Origin: a virus | Taxonomy: Duplodnaviria > Caudoviricetes | Length of the DNA stretch: 64,000 bases | IMG/VR virus record: IMGVR_UViG_3300001528_000208 | Location: 32,001-96,000 of that record | Reading direction: 5' to 3' (one strand) | In this document: positions 28,862 to 39,191 of the stretch, in pieces | Layout: every line of letters starts with the position of its first letter | How positions within the stretch are numbered: the stretch's first letter is position 1 | Position numbers and translations under genes: made by a program | The notes under the pieces: model-generated | The model's database searches: none | What the model saw: only the letters and a program-made list of their open reading frames with translations | Told to the model about the DNA's origin: nothing

Positions 28862-29809
28862 GTGGGCATGGACGTTAAGAAGATTCGTGACAAGTTGGAT
28901 ATTGTTGATTATATCGGGCGTTATGCGGATTTGCAGACGCGCAACGGCGTAGAATTCTTCTGTTCATGCCCTTTCCACCGCGACGACAATCCGTCATTTT
29001 TTGTAAATCGTGAAAAGCAGCTTTTTCATTGCTATAGCTGTAATTCTTCTGGTGATATTCTGTCTTTTATTCAGAAATATCACAACGTTCCGTTTCGTGA
29101 AGCGGTGCAAATTCTTGAAATGGAAACTGGCGCAGAAATTATAGAAACGCCATGTTTCATCAAGGTTGCGGACGTGTTCCGCCCGAAGGAAAAGGCATTT
29201 GAACAACGGCTTTTCCTTTTGGCAGATGCTATGGAAGCATTTCCACCGTCGCATGAAATCAAGGAATGGCTTGCAGAGGGGATTACAAAAGATGTTTTGA
29301 CGCGATATGACGTGCGTTATAATGCGGATAAAACGCGAATTATGTTTCCGATTTATGATGCGGACAACAGATTAGTTACGATTAAATATCGCAATTTGGT
29401 GGCAAAACCGAAATATTCATATGTGAACAAGCTTGGAAGAAAAGATTTTCTATATAATTTCGTTAACGCGCGCGATGCAATCGTCGGGCTAAATGAATGC
29501 ATCGTTGTGGAAAGTGAAAAATCTGTGTTGAAGCTGGAAAGCTGGGGAATCCATAATTCCGTAGCAGCCGGTTCGCATGGACTGAAAGATGAAATTCAAC
29601 TGCTGGTGAAATGTCCGTTTAATACGTTAATATTTGCGTATGATGAAGATGTGACGACGGAAGAAATCTATAAACAAAGTGAAATATTAAAACATTATAA
29701 ATCGGTTTGGCGTATCCCTATGCGCGGTGTTGCGCCTAAAAATGCACCTGTGGATATGGGGTATGACAGATGGATAGAACTATACAACAAAAGAAAGAAG
29801 GTAGAATGA
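28862..29809 (+). CDS. dnaG: DNA primase (CHC2 zinc finger plus TOPRIM)
   Basis: CPFHRDDNPSF...HCYSC; IVVESE; AYDED. Confidence 0.9.
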   Translation: MGMDVKKIRDKLDIVDYIGRYADLQTRNGVEFFCSCPFHRDDNPSFFVNREKQLFHCYSCNSSGDILSFIQKYHNVPFREAVQILEMETGAEIIETPCFIKVADVFRPKEKAFEQRLFLLADAMEAFPPSHEIKEWLAEGITKDVLTRYDVRYNADKTRIMFPIYDADNRLVTIKYRNLVAKPKYSYVNKLGRKDFLYNFVNARDAIVGLNECIVVESEKSVLKLESWGIHNSVAAGSHGLKDEIQLLVKCPFNTLIFAYDEDVTTEEIYKQSEILKHYKSVWRIPMRGVAPKNAPVDMGYDRWIELYNKRKKVE

Positions 29810-30108
29810 TGAATGAAAAAGACTTTAAGGAATTTTATCATATTCGCGAAGCTACGTTTAAGGCGATTCACGAAGAACTGATGGAAGATAATTTCTGTAA
29901 ATCATACGAAGGCACATTTGAATTGACTATCTGCTGGCCTGATTATTTTGAAGACGATACGGCAACAGCAGAACCAGAATATTACAAGTTGACTTTGCAT
30001 TGTTATGTGCTTGGCCCAGCGCGTCACTATGACTGGTGCGGCAGAACGCTTGCAGACGCGCTCAAACTGTGCAAGAGCGACCTTATAGATTGGGGTGTGA
30101 AACTATGA
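29806..30108 (+). CDS. Hypothetical protein
   Basis: ATGA-coupled to the primase. Confidence 0.6.
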   Translation: MMNEKDFKEFYHIREATFKAIHEELMEDNFCKSYEGTFELTICWPDYFEDDTATAEPEYYKLTLHCYVLGPARHYDWCGRTLADALKLCKSDLIDWGVKL

Positions 30109-30284
30109 ATTTTATCGGTGCGTTATTTGTGGTTTGTGCAATTTTCATGCTGATGGATGCGTCGTGTATCGTATACTTCATCCAACAGAAAGACTGGAAT
30201 TATCTTGGCTGGTCGCTTATTATTTTCATGATGATTCTGTTCATCGTGTCTATGCTTGATGCAATTTCAAAGGGGCTGATTTGA
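30105..30284 (+). CDS. Small two-TM membrane protein
   Basis: Two hydrophobic stretches. Confidence 0.55.
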   Translation: MNFIGALFVVCAIFMLMDASCIVYFIQQKDWNYLGWSLIIFMMILFIVSMLDAISKGLI

Positions 30285-30457
30285 TGTATAAGAACGGCGA
30301 TGTTTACCTGAATCCATGCTTCGGCGACCTTTGGTTTGTTGATGGCGATAAATTTCAGAAAATTAACTACGACTATTCGATTGACCTTGACGAACCCGAA
30401 GGATTTATTAAGGTTGGACATATCGACGGTGTAACAACCGTAGAAAGGAAATATTGA
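30284..30457 (+). CDS. Hypothetical protein (not in the ORF track)
   Basis: TGATG coupling at both ends; MYKNGDVYLNP... Confidence 0.55.
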   Translation: MYKNGDVYLNPCFGDLWFVDGDKFQKINYDYSIDLDEPEGFIKVGHIDGVTTVERKY

Positions 30458-30951
30458 TGGCATTAGAGATTGAACGCAAGTTCTTAACTTCAGGCTTTCC
30501 CAATATAAAGCCAGATTGTGAAATTTCTGTCGAAGGTAGTTATGTTGTTTCTGGAACGCCAGAAGTTCGTATCCGTCGCATGGAAATCCTGACCGGCGAT
30601 TGGGAAGGCAAAGTCGATTACATGATGACCATAAAGGGTGACGGCGGTCTTACGCGCGCAGAAGTCAACCACTATATCAGCGAAAAGACATATCATGATT
30701 TGCTGGAATCGTTTCACCTGCCGACATTCCACAAATATTATCGCATTTACCACGTTGATGGTCGCGAAATCGAAATCTGTCATTGCGACGGTGGATTAAA
30801 CGAAGATTTCTACTACGCCGAAGTCGAATTTGATAACGAAGAAGAAGCAAAGGCATATATGTGGCCTTTTGGCGAAGCGAAAGACGTGACAAATAATCCA
30901 TACTTTAAGATGAAAAATTTTTGGAGGCGAACCTATGCGGTGGACAAATAA
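30457..30951 (+). CDS. CYTH-domain protein
   Basis: EIERKF, RIR, TIK and AEVEF motifs. Confidence 0.9.
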   Translation: MALEIERKFLTSGFPNIKPDCEISVEGSYVVSGTPEVRIRRMEILTGDWEGKVDYMMTIKGDGGLTRAEVNHYISEKTYHDLLESFHLPTFHKYYRIYHVDGREIEICHCDGGLNEDFYYAEVEFDNEEEAKAYMWPFGEAKDVTNNPYFKMKNFWRRTYAVDK

Positions 30952-31807
30952 GTTCGGTCTTCCACAATCAATCTATGATGCTGTTGCAAGGGATGATTAT
31001 GACCACGGAGATGCCTATAGCAGTACGGAACTGATAAAAGATCCATGTGAAATTCTTTTGTCGCGAAGGCATTTTGACGAACTGGAAGAAGATGTAAGTG
31101 ATTCGTGGTACAGCGTTCTCGGTTCTGCCGTCCACAGCGTGATGGAACACACCAAGGAAGGCGAAAACGAAGTTCGTGAAGAACGACTGCACTATGAATT
31201 TCCAGAAGGTGCAATATCAGGAAAGTTTGACAGCCTTGATTTAACTGATGGAAATGAAGTGTTGCGCGATTATAAATGCACCAGCACATGGACGGCAATC
31301 TATGGTGATGGTGGAAAATACAAGAAGCAGCTTTCTGTATATCTCATGCTTATAGAAAAGACGCTAAACATCCGTTGTCGCCATGCGCAAATTATCCAGT
31401 TCTTCCGTGACCATTCTATGTCAAAAGCTAAATTCGACAAGTCTTATCCACAGTCACCCATTCGCGTAATCGACTACTATTTTACCGATGAAGATATCAC
31501 GCAGACCGAAGAAGATGTGCGCGCGAAACTGCGTGAAATCAACGCGCTGAAAGAAACGCCAGACGATGAACTTCCGCCATGTTCTGCTGAAAATCGCTGG
31601 GAAACGCCTACGACCTATGCCGTCAAAAAGGATGGGCGCAAGTCTGCGTTGCGTGTTTTGCCGTCAAAAGAAGAAGCCGAAACATGGATGGAACTGAACG
31701 ATGCAAAGGGTTGCTATATTGAAGAACGCAAAGGTGAAAGTAGAAAATGTATGAATTATTGTAAGGCGGCGCCATTCTGTCATTACTACTTGACAAATTG
31801 CATTTAA
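30935..31807 (+). CDS. PD-(D/E)XK (Cas4/RecB-like) nuclease
   Basis: YSSTEL..PC, GSAVH, SGKFD, DYK, QL.VY and C-terminal C..YC....FC. Confidence 0.85.
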   Translation: MRWTNKFGLPQSIYDAVARDDYDHGDAYSSTELIKDPCEILLSRRHFDELEEDVSDSWYSVLGSAVHSVMEHTKEGENEVREERLHYEFPEGAISGKFDSLDLTDGNEVLRDYKCTSTWTAIYGDGGKYKKQLSVYLMLIEKTLNIRCRHAQIIQFFRDHSMSKAKFDKSYPQSPIRVIDYYFTDEDITQTEEDVRAKLREINALKETPDDELPPCSAENRWETPTTYAVKKDGRKSALRVLPSKEEAETWMELNDAKGCYIEERKGESRKCMNYCKAAPFCHYYLTNCI

Positions 31808-31837
31808 AATGTTAATATAATGTCGAGGTGATATTTT

Positions 31838-32053
31838 ATGACAGTGGATGAATACATGATTCTTCACAAATACATCTGTGGGAAATTCGGCGGATGTCGT
31901 GACTGCCCAATTAACGATTGGGTTCCGTGTGACATGGAGACGCCAGAAAAGGCAATGGTAAAATGTGCTCTAATCGCCTATGAAAAATATGGTAACGCCG
32001 GTATGCAGACGATGGGTGTTCTGTCGCGTTATTTGAAGGCGGTGATTGTTTGA
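31838..32053 (+). CDS. Small Cys-rich protein, C-terminus AVIV
   Basis: IC....GCRDCPI; downstream of a promoter at 31790. Confidence 0.7.
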   Translation: MTVDEYMILHKYICGKFGGCRDCPINDWVPCDMETPEKAMVKCALIAYEKYGNAGMQTMGVLSRYLKAVIV

Positions 32054-32292
32054 ATGATAAAGATTATGAACTGTTAAACAGTTTTATATGTTCGCGCTAT
32101 GGTTCGTGCGATAATTGTCCGCTGAACAAATACGACGATTGTGATTTTGGGCCAACAAAACAGGAAATCGTGGAAATCGCAAGGGGATTATACGATTTGC
32201 CAAACAATGATGAAATGTTCGGACTTACACACAAGGACGAAGAAAAGGTGCGAAAAATCCTTGAAAATTATCGAAAGGTGGCGATTGTGTGA
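32050..32292 (+). CDS. Small Cys-rich protein, C-terminus VAIV
   Basis: IC....CDNCPL. Confidence 0.7.
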   Translation: MNDKDYELLNSFICSRYGSCDNCPLNKYDDCDFGPTKQEIVEIARGLYDLPNNDEMFGLTHKDEEKVRKILENYRKVAIV

Positions 32293-32513
32293 CAGCAGAA
32301 GATATGAATGTTATACAAGCCATACTTTGCGATAGGGTTGATGAATGTAAGAATTGCCCACTTTTCAGAAGAAAAGGGAACGCTTGCTGGGGAAATTTTT
32401 CAGCAGAAGACGAGGATGATTTCCTTCGCATCGTCCCACTTGTTATCAAACTGACAAACAGCCCTGCCATTAAGAAGTATCTTGCCGGATTTCTGAAGGT
32501 AGGTGTGGTCTGA
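32289..32513 (+). CDS. Small Cys-rich protein, C-terminus VGVV
   Basis: LC....CKNCPL. Confidence 0.7.
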   Translation: MTAEDMNVIQAILCDRVDECKNCPLFRRKGNACWGNFSAEDEDDFLRIVPLVIKLTNSPAIKKYLAGFLKVGVV

Positions 32514-32695
32514 TGTGCAAGTTCTGCGATTATGATTCCAACGACTGCACGATTTTTCAAGATGCTGTCGGCGACTGGTATCTTGACCATGAAACAGGCG
32601 AATGGGATATCTATGAAGACGAATTTGTCCACGATAGAATCTATATAAATTATTGTCCGTTCTGTGGGGAAAGGCTGAAGAAATGTGAAAAGTAG
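32513..32695 (+). CDS. Small Zn-finger protein
   Basis: MCKFC...INYCPFCG. Confidence 0.7.
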   Translation: MCKFCDYDSNDCTIFQDAVGDWYLDHETGEWDIYEDEFVHDRIYINYCPFCGERLKKCEK

Positions 32696-33566
32696 CAACT
32701 ATACTGATATGACGGGATGGATAATGAAAGAACATGGCGTTCCTAATAGTAAACTAACGGTTTTAAGACGTGCAGAAAATAAAGGGCATCATATAATGTG
32801 GGAATGTGTATGTGAATGTGGCAATGATATTGTTGCTGATGGCTATAACATAAAACACAACAAACTTTCTTGCGGTTGCGATAATCCATACTCATTTATT
32901 GATATGACTGGCTGGGTGATGAAAGAACATGGTGTGCCAGAAAGCAAGCTTACCGTAATACGTTTGCATGAAAAGGGCAATTATAAACCAACAACATGGG
33001 AATGTTTATGTGAATGCGGTAATATTTGTATTAAGCCCGGTAATCGTATAAGATTTGGGAATGCTATTTCTTGCGGATGCATTAGTGCTGGAAATAAAAA
33101 ACGGAAACATAAGACTGGAATTGTTGGGGAAGACTACAAAAAATTTTTAACAAGACACCTTAGAATAGTATGGTATGGCATGAAACAAAGATGTTACGAT
33201 AAAGAACATGGTAGTTATAAAAATTATGGAGGACGTGGAATATCGGTATGCAAGAACTGGTTAAACGATTCTCAAAGTTTTATAGATTGGGCTTTTAATA
33301 CAGGTTATGCGCCCGGCTTAACCTTAGATAGAATAGATTGCAATGGAAACTACGACCCAGATAATTGCAGGTGGGCTACGGCAAAAGAACAGGGCAACAA
33401 TAGAAGAACAAATTATTGTATAGAAATTGATGGCGTTATACACACTCTTCAAGAATGGTCTGACATTTCAGGGGTAAATAGAAGTACAATAAAGACCAGA
33501 ATGGGTCAAGGAATGTCTGCAAAAGATGCAATTTTTAATCCCATAAATAATGGAGGTATATCATGA
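32685..33566 (+). CDS. Putative HNH-type homing endonuclease with a duplicated N-terminal domain
   Basis: Two DMTGW.MKEHGVP...WEC.CECGN...SCGC repeats; MKQRC..YGGRGI...LDRID.NGNY.PDNCRW; AT-rich. Confidence 0.8.
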   Translation: MKSSNYTDMTGWIMKEHGVPNSKLTVLRRAENKGHHIMWECVCECGNDIVADGYNIKHNKLSCGCDNPYSFIDMTGWVMKEHGVPESKLTVIRLHEKGNYKPTTWECLCECGNICIKPGNRIRFGNAISCGCISAGNKKRKHKTGIVGEDYKKFLTRHLRIVWYGMKQRCYDKEHGSYKNYGGRGISVCKNWLNDSQSFIDWAFNTGYAPGLTLDRIDCNGNYDPDNCRWATAKEQGNNRRTNYCIEIDGVIHTLQEWSDISGVNRSTIKTRMGQGMSAKDAIFNPINNGGIS

Positions 33567-34024
33567 AGTATATTTGTTCAAAAAGAATGAATATAAAAGC
33601 TATTTCTGGAGAAGTTAATTTTCGGGTTGGGACGGTGTTTAACTGTTCCAACGGGTTGATTACGCATAACGGGAAGGCTATTTGTTATGACCACAGTCAA
33701 AACGCATACGATTATCTATCTTGTGATGATGATGGATTTGGAATTCGCCGCGGACAGCTTGTGCGTGATATTATGGGGCGCTTAAAAAAACGTGACGACA
33801 AGTATCAGGAAAAATGGGATAGAATTTGGATGGATAAATCGCTTCAAAAATATAAAAGAATTGAATTTGCAGATTATTGGCTTTGGAATTATGATTTTTT
33901 TAATGCACCGATCGGCGAACTTGAATATATTCTTGCACGCGTGAAGGGCGAAGTAGAACCGCGAGACGGCGTTACAGAAGATTTTATGGACGAAGAAACG
34001 GTGGTTGAAGATGGCGACGACTGA
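33563..34024 (+). CDS. Hypothetical protein
   Basis: RBS GGAGGT. Confidence 0.65.
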   Translation: MKYICSKRMNIKAISGEVNFRVGTVFNCSNGLITHNGKAICYDHSQNAYDYLSCDDDGFGIRRGQLVRDIMGRLKKRDDKYQEKWDRIWMDKSLQKYKRIEFADYWLWNYDFFNAPIGELEYILARVKGEVEPRDGVTEDFMDEETVVEDGDD

Positions 34025-34187
34025 TTTCTATACAACTTTAGCGGATTTTGCGTGGATTACACCCAAAGATGTCATTACAACTTGGACTTTGCCAACGTGT
34101 GAAATCTATAGCGAAACAGACTGGTGGCGGTCTGCTATGAAGGTATGGTGTAGGTCTGTAAAGCCAAGAACCGCAAAGGTGGTGTAG
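34011..34187 (+). CDS. Small hypothetical protein, C-terminus AKVV
   Basis: Short ORF carrying the shared C-terminal tag. Confidence 0.5.
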   Translation: MATTDFYTTLADFAWITPKDVITTWTLPTCEIYSETDWWRSAMKVWCRSVKPRTAKVV

Positions 34188-34189
34188 CT

Positions 34190-34414
34190 ATGTTCAAGCT
34201 TGGACAAATGGTCTGGTGTAAAGATAAGACAAATTGTGGCGGTGGTTATACAAGAACGACATATCATACGCCATGCGTTGTGTGCGATATACGGAAACAG
34301 AAAGACGGCAAAATCACCGTTGCGCCATTTGAAAACAGCGAATATTTTGAATATTGTTATACGGTAGATGCAGACTTGTTTGAACCGATTCCGTCAGGGG
34401 CGAAGGTGGTGTGA
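34190..34414 (+). CDS. Small SH3/KOW-like protein, C-terminus AKVV
   Basis: MFKLGQMVWC...TYH.PC.V family. Confidence 0.7.
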   Translation: MFKLGQMVWCKDKTNCGGGYTRTTYHTPCVVCDIRKQKDGKITVAPFENSEYFEYCYTVDADLFEPIPSGAKVV

Positions 34415-34419
34415 TATGA

Positions 34420-37400
34420 TTGTTTAACCATTTACACGTTCACACTATGCTATCCCTTCTTGATTCATGCACGTCGTATAAAGACTATGTTGACAAAGCA
34501 AAAGAATATGGACAGACGGCTATAGCGTTCACTGAACACGGAAATCTTTATAACCATCTGTCCAAAAAGCTTTATTGCGATAAAATGGGAATAAAGTTCA
34601 TTTTTGGCGTCGAAGTGTATCTTACCAGACAACTTGAACCAAAAGTGCGTGACAATTATCACACGATTCTACTGGCAAAAAATCAAGAAGGAATGAAGGA
34701 AATCAATCTTCTTGTCGCCCTGTCTACTAAAGACGACCACGTTTATTACAAGCCAAGAATCACGTTTGATGAATTTCTGAATATTTCTGACAACGTGATT
34801 ACCCTTTCTGCTTGCCTGCAATCTCCACTAAATCGTCTCGACGAAAATGATGAATACTATATTAAGTTGTTGAACCGATACGATTTTTTAGAGGTTCAGC
34901 CGCATGAAATGTCTGACGAACAGAAGGCATTTAACGAAAAGCTGGCGAAATTCTGTAAAGACTATAAGAAGAAATTGGTCGCAACAACAGACGTTCACAG
35001 CGTAAACGATTATAAAGCTAAGTGTCGTAAGGTTCTTTTGAAGGCAAAGGATTTCCATTTCAAAGGCGACGATACAAACGGACTTGAAGAAAAGTTTAAT
35101 CTTACGTTCAAAACCGAAGAAGAAATGCGTGCCGAATTCAGGCGTCAAGGCGTTCTTACAGCAGAAGAAATTGAAGAAGCCATTCATAATACTGTTGTAA
35201 TTGCGGATATGTGTGAAGATTTAGTTGTTGACAAATCTTTTAAGTATCCTAAAATTTCCGATAATGATGAAGAACTCTTCAAAAAGGCGATTAACGAAGG
35301 TTATTTGAAAAAGAAAAAAGCAGGATATATTTCTGGTGGCAAAAAATATCTTGATCAGATTCAAGAAGAATTTCGTGTTTTCAAAAAGTTAAACATGATG
35401 ACGTTTATGTTATCAATGTCTCGTATTGTCAACTGGTGTAAGGATAATGGTATTCCTATGGGGCCATCTCGTGGTTCCGTCGCTGGAAGTTTGGTCGCGT
35501 ATCTGTTAAATATTACAGAAGTTGATCCCATTCGTTGGAACACAATCTTTTCACGATTCGCAAATGAAAATCGACTCGAGTTGGGAGATATTGATGTTGA
35601 CGCACCCACGGATAGTCGTGACAGAATTTATCAACACATCTTTGAAGAATTTGGACAAGACAAATGTGCTTATGTACTTGCGCTTGGAACAATTTCTGAA
35701 AAGGCGACAATAGACGAAATTGGTCGTGCTTTCGATATTCCGCTTGACGAAGTATCTGAAATAAAGCGCCAATATGATATTGACCCTGAAAAAACAAAAG
35801 AAAAATATCCTAAAATATTCTATTATTTTGATGGTCTTGTTGGAACAACAGTATCGCAATCCATTCATCCTGCGGGTGTGGTAATTTCGCCTATTACGCT
35901 TCCTGATAATTATGGCGTTTTCTACAAGGACGGTATGCAAATTATCAACCTTGATATGGAAGATGTCCACGACAGTGGGTTGGTGAAATACGATATTCTT
36001 GCCTTGCGCAATGTGGATATTATTCGTGATACGTGCAGTCAAATTGGGATTCCATACCCGACAGTTGACACAATGGATTTTGAAGACAAAGCTGTGTGGG
36101 AAGATATGACTTCATCGCGCGTTGGCATTTTTGAATTTGAAAAACCATACGCAATGGATTTGTTGAAGAAGTACAACCCGTCCAAAATTTCTGATGTATC
36201 TATGATAAATGCAGCGCTTCGTCCTTCTGGTGCATCATATCGTGACAGATTGGTAAATCATGAAATTAACAAGAACCCGTCAAAAGAGATTGATGATTTA
36301 TTAGCTGATACGTCTGGATTTCTTCTCTACCAAGAGCAAATTATTGCGTTCCTACAGCATCTATGTGGATATTCTGGTTCAGAAGCTGACACTTGCCGTC
36401 GTATGATTGCAAGAAAACATCCCGAAGAGCTTGAAGCTGAATTACCGAAAATTCTTGATGGTTACTGTAATCATTCAACGAAACCGCGCGAAGAAGCGGA
36501 AAAAGAAGCGCAAACATTTGTTCAGATTGTAAGCGATGCTTCGTCTTATATGTTTGGTAAAAATCATAGCGATGGCTATAGCATCGTCGCATATTATTGT
36601 GCATATTATCGCTATCATTATCCCGGACAGTTTATCACAGCATACTTAAATACAGCAAACGGGCAGGAAGATATTCAAGATGGGACAGAACTTGCACGTC
36701 AGAAAAAAATCAGAATTACTGCGCCAAAATTCAGGAAGTCTATAGATAAGTATATCTACGATGCTGAAACAAACGAAATTCATAAGGGTATCAGTTCTAT
36801 TAAGCACATTTCTGCCGATTGTGCCGACCAACTTTATTCCATCCGTTTCATGGATTTTCCCACGTTCATTGACCTTCTTGTTTATCTACGCGAGAATACC
36901 ACGGTTGACGCGCGCCAAATCAAGGTGCTGACCACCATTGGCTTCTTTAGCGAATTTGGCAAAAACAAGAAGCTGTTGGCTATTGTAGACAAATTCTTTG
37001 AACGCTACAAGAAAACGTATGTCGCCAAAACCAAGGTTGCGCGCATCGCTGAACTGAAAGCGTTCGAATCTTCCTTGCCAGACGAATATCTACCGCTGGT
37101 GCAACGCATCGCAAGCGACCGCGAACTGCTTGGTTATGTGTCATTTACACAGCCAGAATTGCCTAAAAACTTCTGCTTCACATTGGCGATAGACGCCAAG
37201 TATACGCCACGCGCTACTCTTTATTGTATCGCAACTGGAAAATCTATAGAGTGCAAAATAGACAAAAAAATCTATGGCAAACGCAAATTCAAAGCGGATG
37301 ATGTGTTGTATTGCAAGAAATTCCAGAAGCGCCCGAACTGGCGGAAAACTGAAAACGGTTTTGAACAAACCGGAACGTATTGCGATTGTCTTGTAGACTA

Positions 37401-37428
37401 CGATGTGGTCACTTCAAAGTTTGCTTGA
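34420..37428 (+). CDS. dnaE: DNA polymerase III alpha subunit (family C)
   Basis: PHP HLHVHT..SLLD, TEHGN, SRGSVAGS, DIDVD, HPAGVVI, KYDIL and LYQEQ motifs. Confidence 0.96.
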   Translation: MFNHLHVHTMLSLLDSCTSYKDYVDKAKEYGQTAIAFTEHGNLYNHLSKKLYCDKMGIKFIFGVEVYLTRQLEPKVRDNYHTILLAKNQEGMKEINLLVALSTKDDHVYYKPRITFDEFLNISDNVITLSACLQSPLNRLDENDEYYIKLLNRYDFLEVQPHEMSDEQKAFNEKLAKFCKDYKKKLVATTDVHSVNDYKAKCRKVLLKAKDFHFKGDDTNGLEEKFNLTFKTEEEMRAEFRRQGVLTAEEIEEAIHNTVVIADMCEDLVVDKSFKYPKISDNDEELFKKAINEGYLKKKKAGYISGGKKYLDQIQEEFRVFKKLNMMTFMLSMSRIVNWCKDNGIPMGPSRGSVAGSLVAYLLNITEVDPIRWNTIFSRFANENRLELGDIDVDAPTDSRDRIYQHIFEEFGQDKCAYVLALGTISEKATIDEIGRAFDIPLDEVSEIKRQYDIDPEKTKEKYPKIFYYFDGLVGTTVSQSIHPAGVVISPITLPDNYGVFYKDGMQIINLDMEDVHDSGLVKYDILALRNVDIIRDTCSQIGIPYPTVDTMDFEDKAVWEDMTSSRVGIFEFEKPYAMDLLKKYNPSKISDVSMINAALRPSGASYRDRLVNHEINKNPSKEIDDLLADTSGFLLYQEQIIAFLQHLCGYSGSEADTCRRMIARKHPEELEAELPKILDGYCNHSTKPREEAEKEAQTFVQIVSDASSYMFGKNHSDGYSIVAYYCAYYRYHYPGQFITAYLNTANGQEDIQDGTELARQKKIRITAPKFRKSIDKYIYDAETNEIHKGISSIKHISADCADQLYSIRFMDFPTFIDLLVYLRENTTVDARQIKVLTTIGFFSEFGKNKKLLAIVDKFFERYKKTYVAKTKVARIAELKAFESSLPDEYLPLVQRIASDRELLGYVSFTQPELPKNFCFTLAIDAKYTPRATLYCIATGKSIECKIDKKIYGKRKFKADDVLYCKKFQKRPNWRKTENGFEQTGTYCDCLVDYDVVTSKFA

Positions 37429-37453
37429 CAAATGTTAAGGCGCATGATATAAT
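37425..37453 (+). promoter_or_regulatory. SigA-type promoter
   Basis: TTGACA-17-TGATATAAT; overlaps the dnaE stop. Confidence 0.8.
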
Positions 37454-37476
37454 ACCATTAAAGGTGGTGAAGTGTC

Positions 37477-37722
37477 ATGCGTCTTGATAATGTTGGTGGC
37501 GCAGATGTTTGTAGTTTCATTTGTGGCGGTTCAGCGTGTAATCGAAATTGTTGCATGAATCAAGTTTTGGGTCACTGTTATTCTATAGCGCCTGCTTGGA
37601 ATGAATTTCCAGAAAGGCGTGCGGAACTTTTGCGCGTCATGAAGTGGCGTATTGACCATGGCGAACGCACGCTGGCGCAAGCAAATGAAATTGGTGTTTA
37701 TTTTGGTGCAAAGGTGGTGTAA
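37477..37722 (+). CDS. Small Cys-rich protein, C-terminus AKVV
   Basis: RBS AAGGTGGTG. Confidence 0.65.
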   Translation: MRLDNVGGADVCSFICGGSACNRNCCMNQVLGHCYSIAPAWNEFPERRAELLRVMKWRIDHGERTLAQANEIGVYFGAKVV

Positions 37723-37724
37723 CT

Positions 37725-37955
37725 GTGACTTACGGAGAAATCAATATAGGCGACATTTTAATTGCCGACAGCGAAGACAGAACGTTCCGATATAAGGTTA
37801 CGCACAAGAACGACCGGGCGCGCATGGTTACAGTACAAACCATCGAAGAATACGACCGAAATCTGCAACGCCACGTCCCATATATCGGCGGTGCGTATTC
37901 TGTATTTGCGGAAGACTTCTGTGGGAAGATTCAAAAGAAGGCGGTGGTATTATGA
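37725..37955 (+). CDS. Small beta-barrel-like protein, C-terminus AVVL
   Basis: INIGDIL...YKV. Confidence 0.65.
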   Translation: MTYGEINIGDILIADSEDRTFRYKVTHKNDRARMVTVQTIEEYDRNLQRHVPYIGGAYSVFAEDFCGKIQKKAVVL

Positions 37956-38188
37956 CGATAGACGATTACAGATTGGAAGATATTCTATTTTCTACAGAAA
38001 ATTCAAACTATGCCTTCATGGTTATTGCTATCGACTACGAACACAATCGTGTTAGATTATGTCCAAGCTATCGCCGAAATGGTAATAACATCGCCGACGC
38101 AAATGACGGCATGCCATATTGGCGCGATGCGACCGCAAGTAATTTATACCTATTTAAGCGCGTAAGAAAGGTGGCGAAAATCGTATGA
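37952..38188 (+). CDS. Small hypothetical protein, C-terminus AKIV
   Basis: ATGA-coupled. Confidence 0.65.
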   Translation: MTIDDYRLEDILFSTENSNYAFMVIAIDYEHNRVRLCPSYRRNGNNIADANDGMPYWRDATASNLYLFKRVRKVAKIV

Positions 38189-38517
38189 ATTATTTGGATA
38201 AATATAAAATAACAAACAAAAATTCAAAATTCTATGGTCGCTACGCTTGGATGATTGATTTGCCTGACGAAAATAACCGCGCTCGCTTTATAGTCGATAG
38301 CAACGTCAAGCTTCGCATGAAAATGTCGTCCGTTCAGTTTGTTTCACCGCGCTTTTCGGACGGTTATCGGTTTCGTGATATGGCGCTTGGTGTAGAATAT
38401 GTTATCACGCGAATCAACTGGTCGCATGACAGATATCGGGCAAAATATAAGGGCGCGCTTTGGGAAGTGGCATTTTATCCGTGGAACGTACCAGAACAAA
38501 GGGCGAAGGTGGTATAA
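38185..38517 (+). CDS. Hypothetical protein, C-terminus AKVV
   Basis: ATGA-coupled. Confidence 0.65.
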   Translation: MNYLDKYKITNKNSKFYGRYAWMIDLPDENNRARFIVDSNVKLRMKMSSVQFVSPRFSDGYRFRDMALGVEYVITRINWSHDRYRAKYKGALWEVAFYPWNVPEQRAKVV

Positions 38518-38519
38518 CT

Positions 38520-39191
38520 ATGTGGACATATTATGGCACCAAGAAGAAAATTGCGAAATATTATCCATCGCCAATCCATGATAAAATCATAGAACCCTTT
38601 GCTGGCGCCGCACAATATTCACTTTTTGGCGAAAACTGGCAAAAGGAAGTCGTTCTTTACGACAAATATGATGTGATTGTAAAGATTTGGGAATATCTTA
38701 TCGCCGCGAATCCACATGATATATTGTCACTTCCCGACATGAATGTTGGCGATAAGGTGGACGACCACACCGAACTTTGCGATGCGGAAAAATATCTTAT
38801 CGGCTTTTGCATCAATAGCGGAAGCGCCAGTCCGAAAAAAACTGTGGCAAAATTCAACTGCTGGAATAGACAAAAGAAAGTTATCGCCGACAATATCTAT
38901 AAGGTTAAGCATTGGAAAGTTCATCAATGCGACGGATATGAAGATATTCTGAACGAAACTGCGACTTGGTTTATTGACCCGCCCTATCAGTTTGGTGGAC
39001 AATATTACCGCCATTCCAACAAGAACATCGACTATCCTGCGCTTTCTGACTGGTGTCTTTCGCGCAACGGACAGCTTATTGTATGTGAAAATACGAAGGC
39101 TGATTGGCTTGATTTCAAGCCGCTTGTTGACTTAAAAGGTCAACTTCACAAGACAACCGAAGCAATTTTCTATAAGGAAGTGAATCCATGA
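38520..39191 (+). CDS. DNA adenine methyltransferase (Dam-like, orphan)
   Basis: Y.GTK, EPFAGAA and FIDPPY motifs. Confidence 0.88.
   Translation: MWTYYGTKKKIAKYYPSPIHDKIIEPFAGAAQYSLFGENWQKEVVLYDKYDVIVKIWEYLIAANPHDILSLPDMNVGDKVDDHTELCDAEKYLIGFCINSGSASPKKTVAKFNCWNRQKKVIADNIYKVKHWKVHQCDGYEDILNETATWFIDPPYQFGGQYYRHSNKNIDYPALSDWCLSRNGQLIVCENTKADWLDFKPLVDLKGQLHKTTEAIFYKEVNP

Noticed and set aside
30935-31807. CRISPR-Cas locus suggested by the Cas4-like nuclease
   Set aside because: No repeat-spacer array or other cas genes are visible. Stand-alone PD-(D/E)XK nucleases are common in phage recombination modules.
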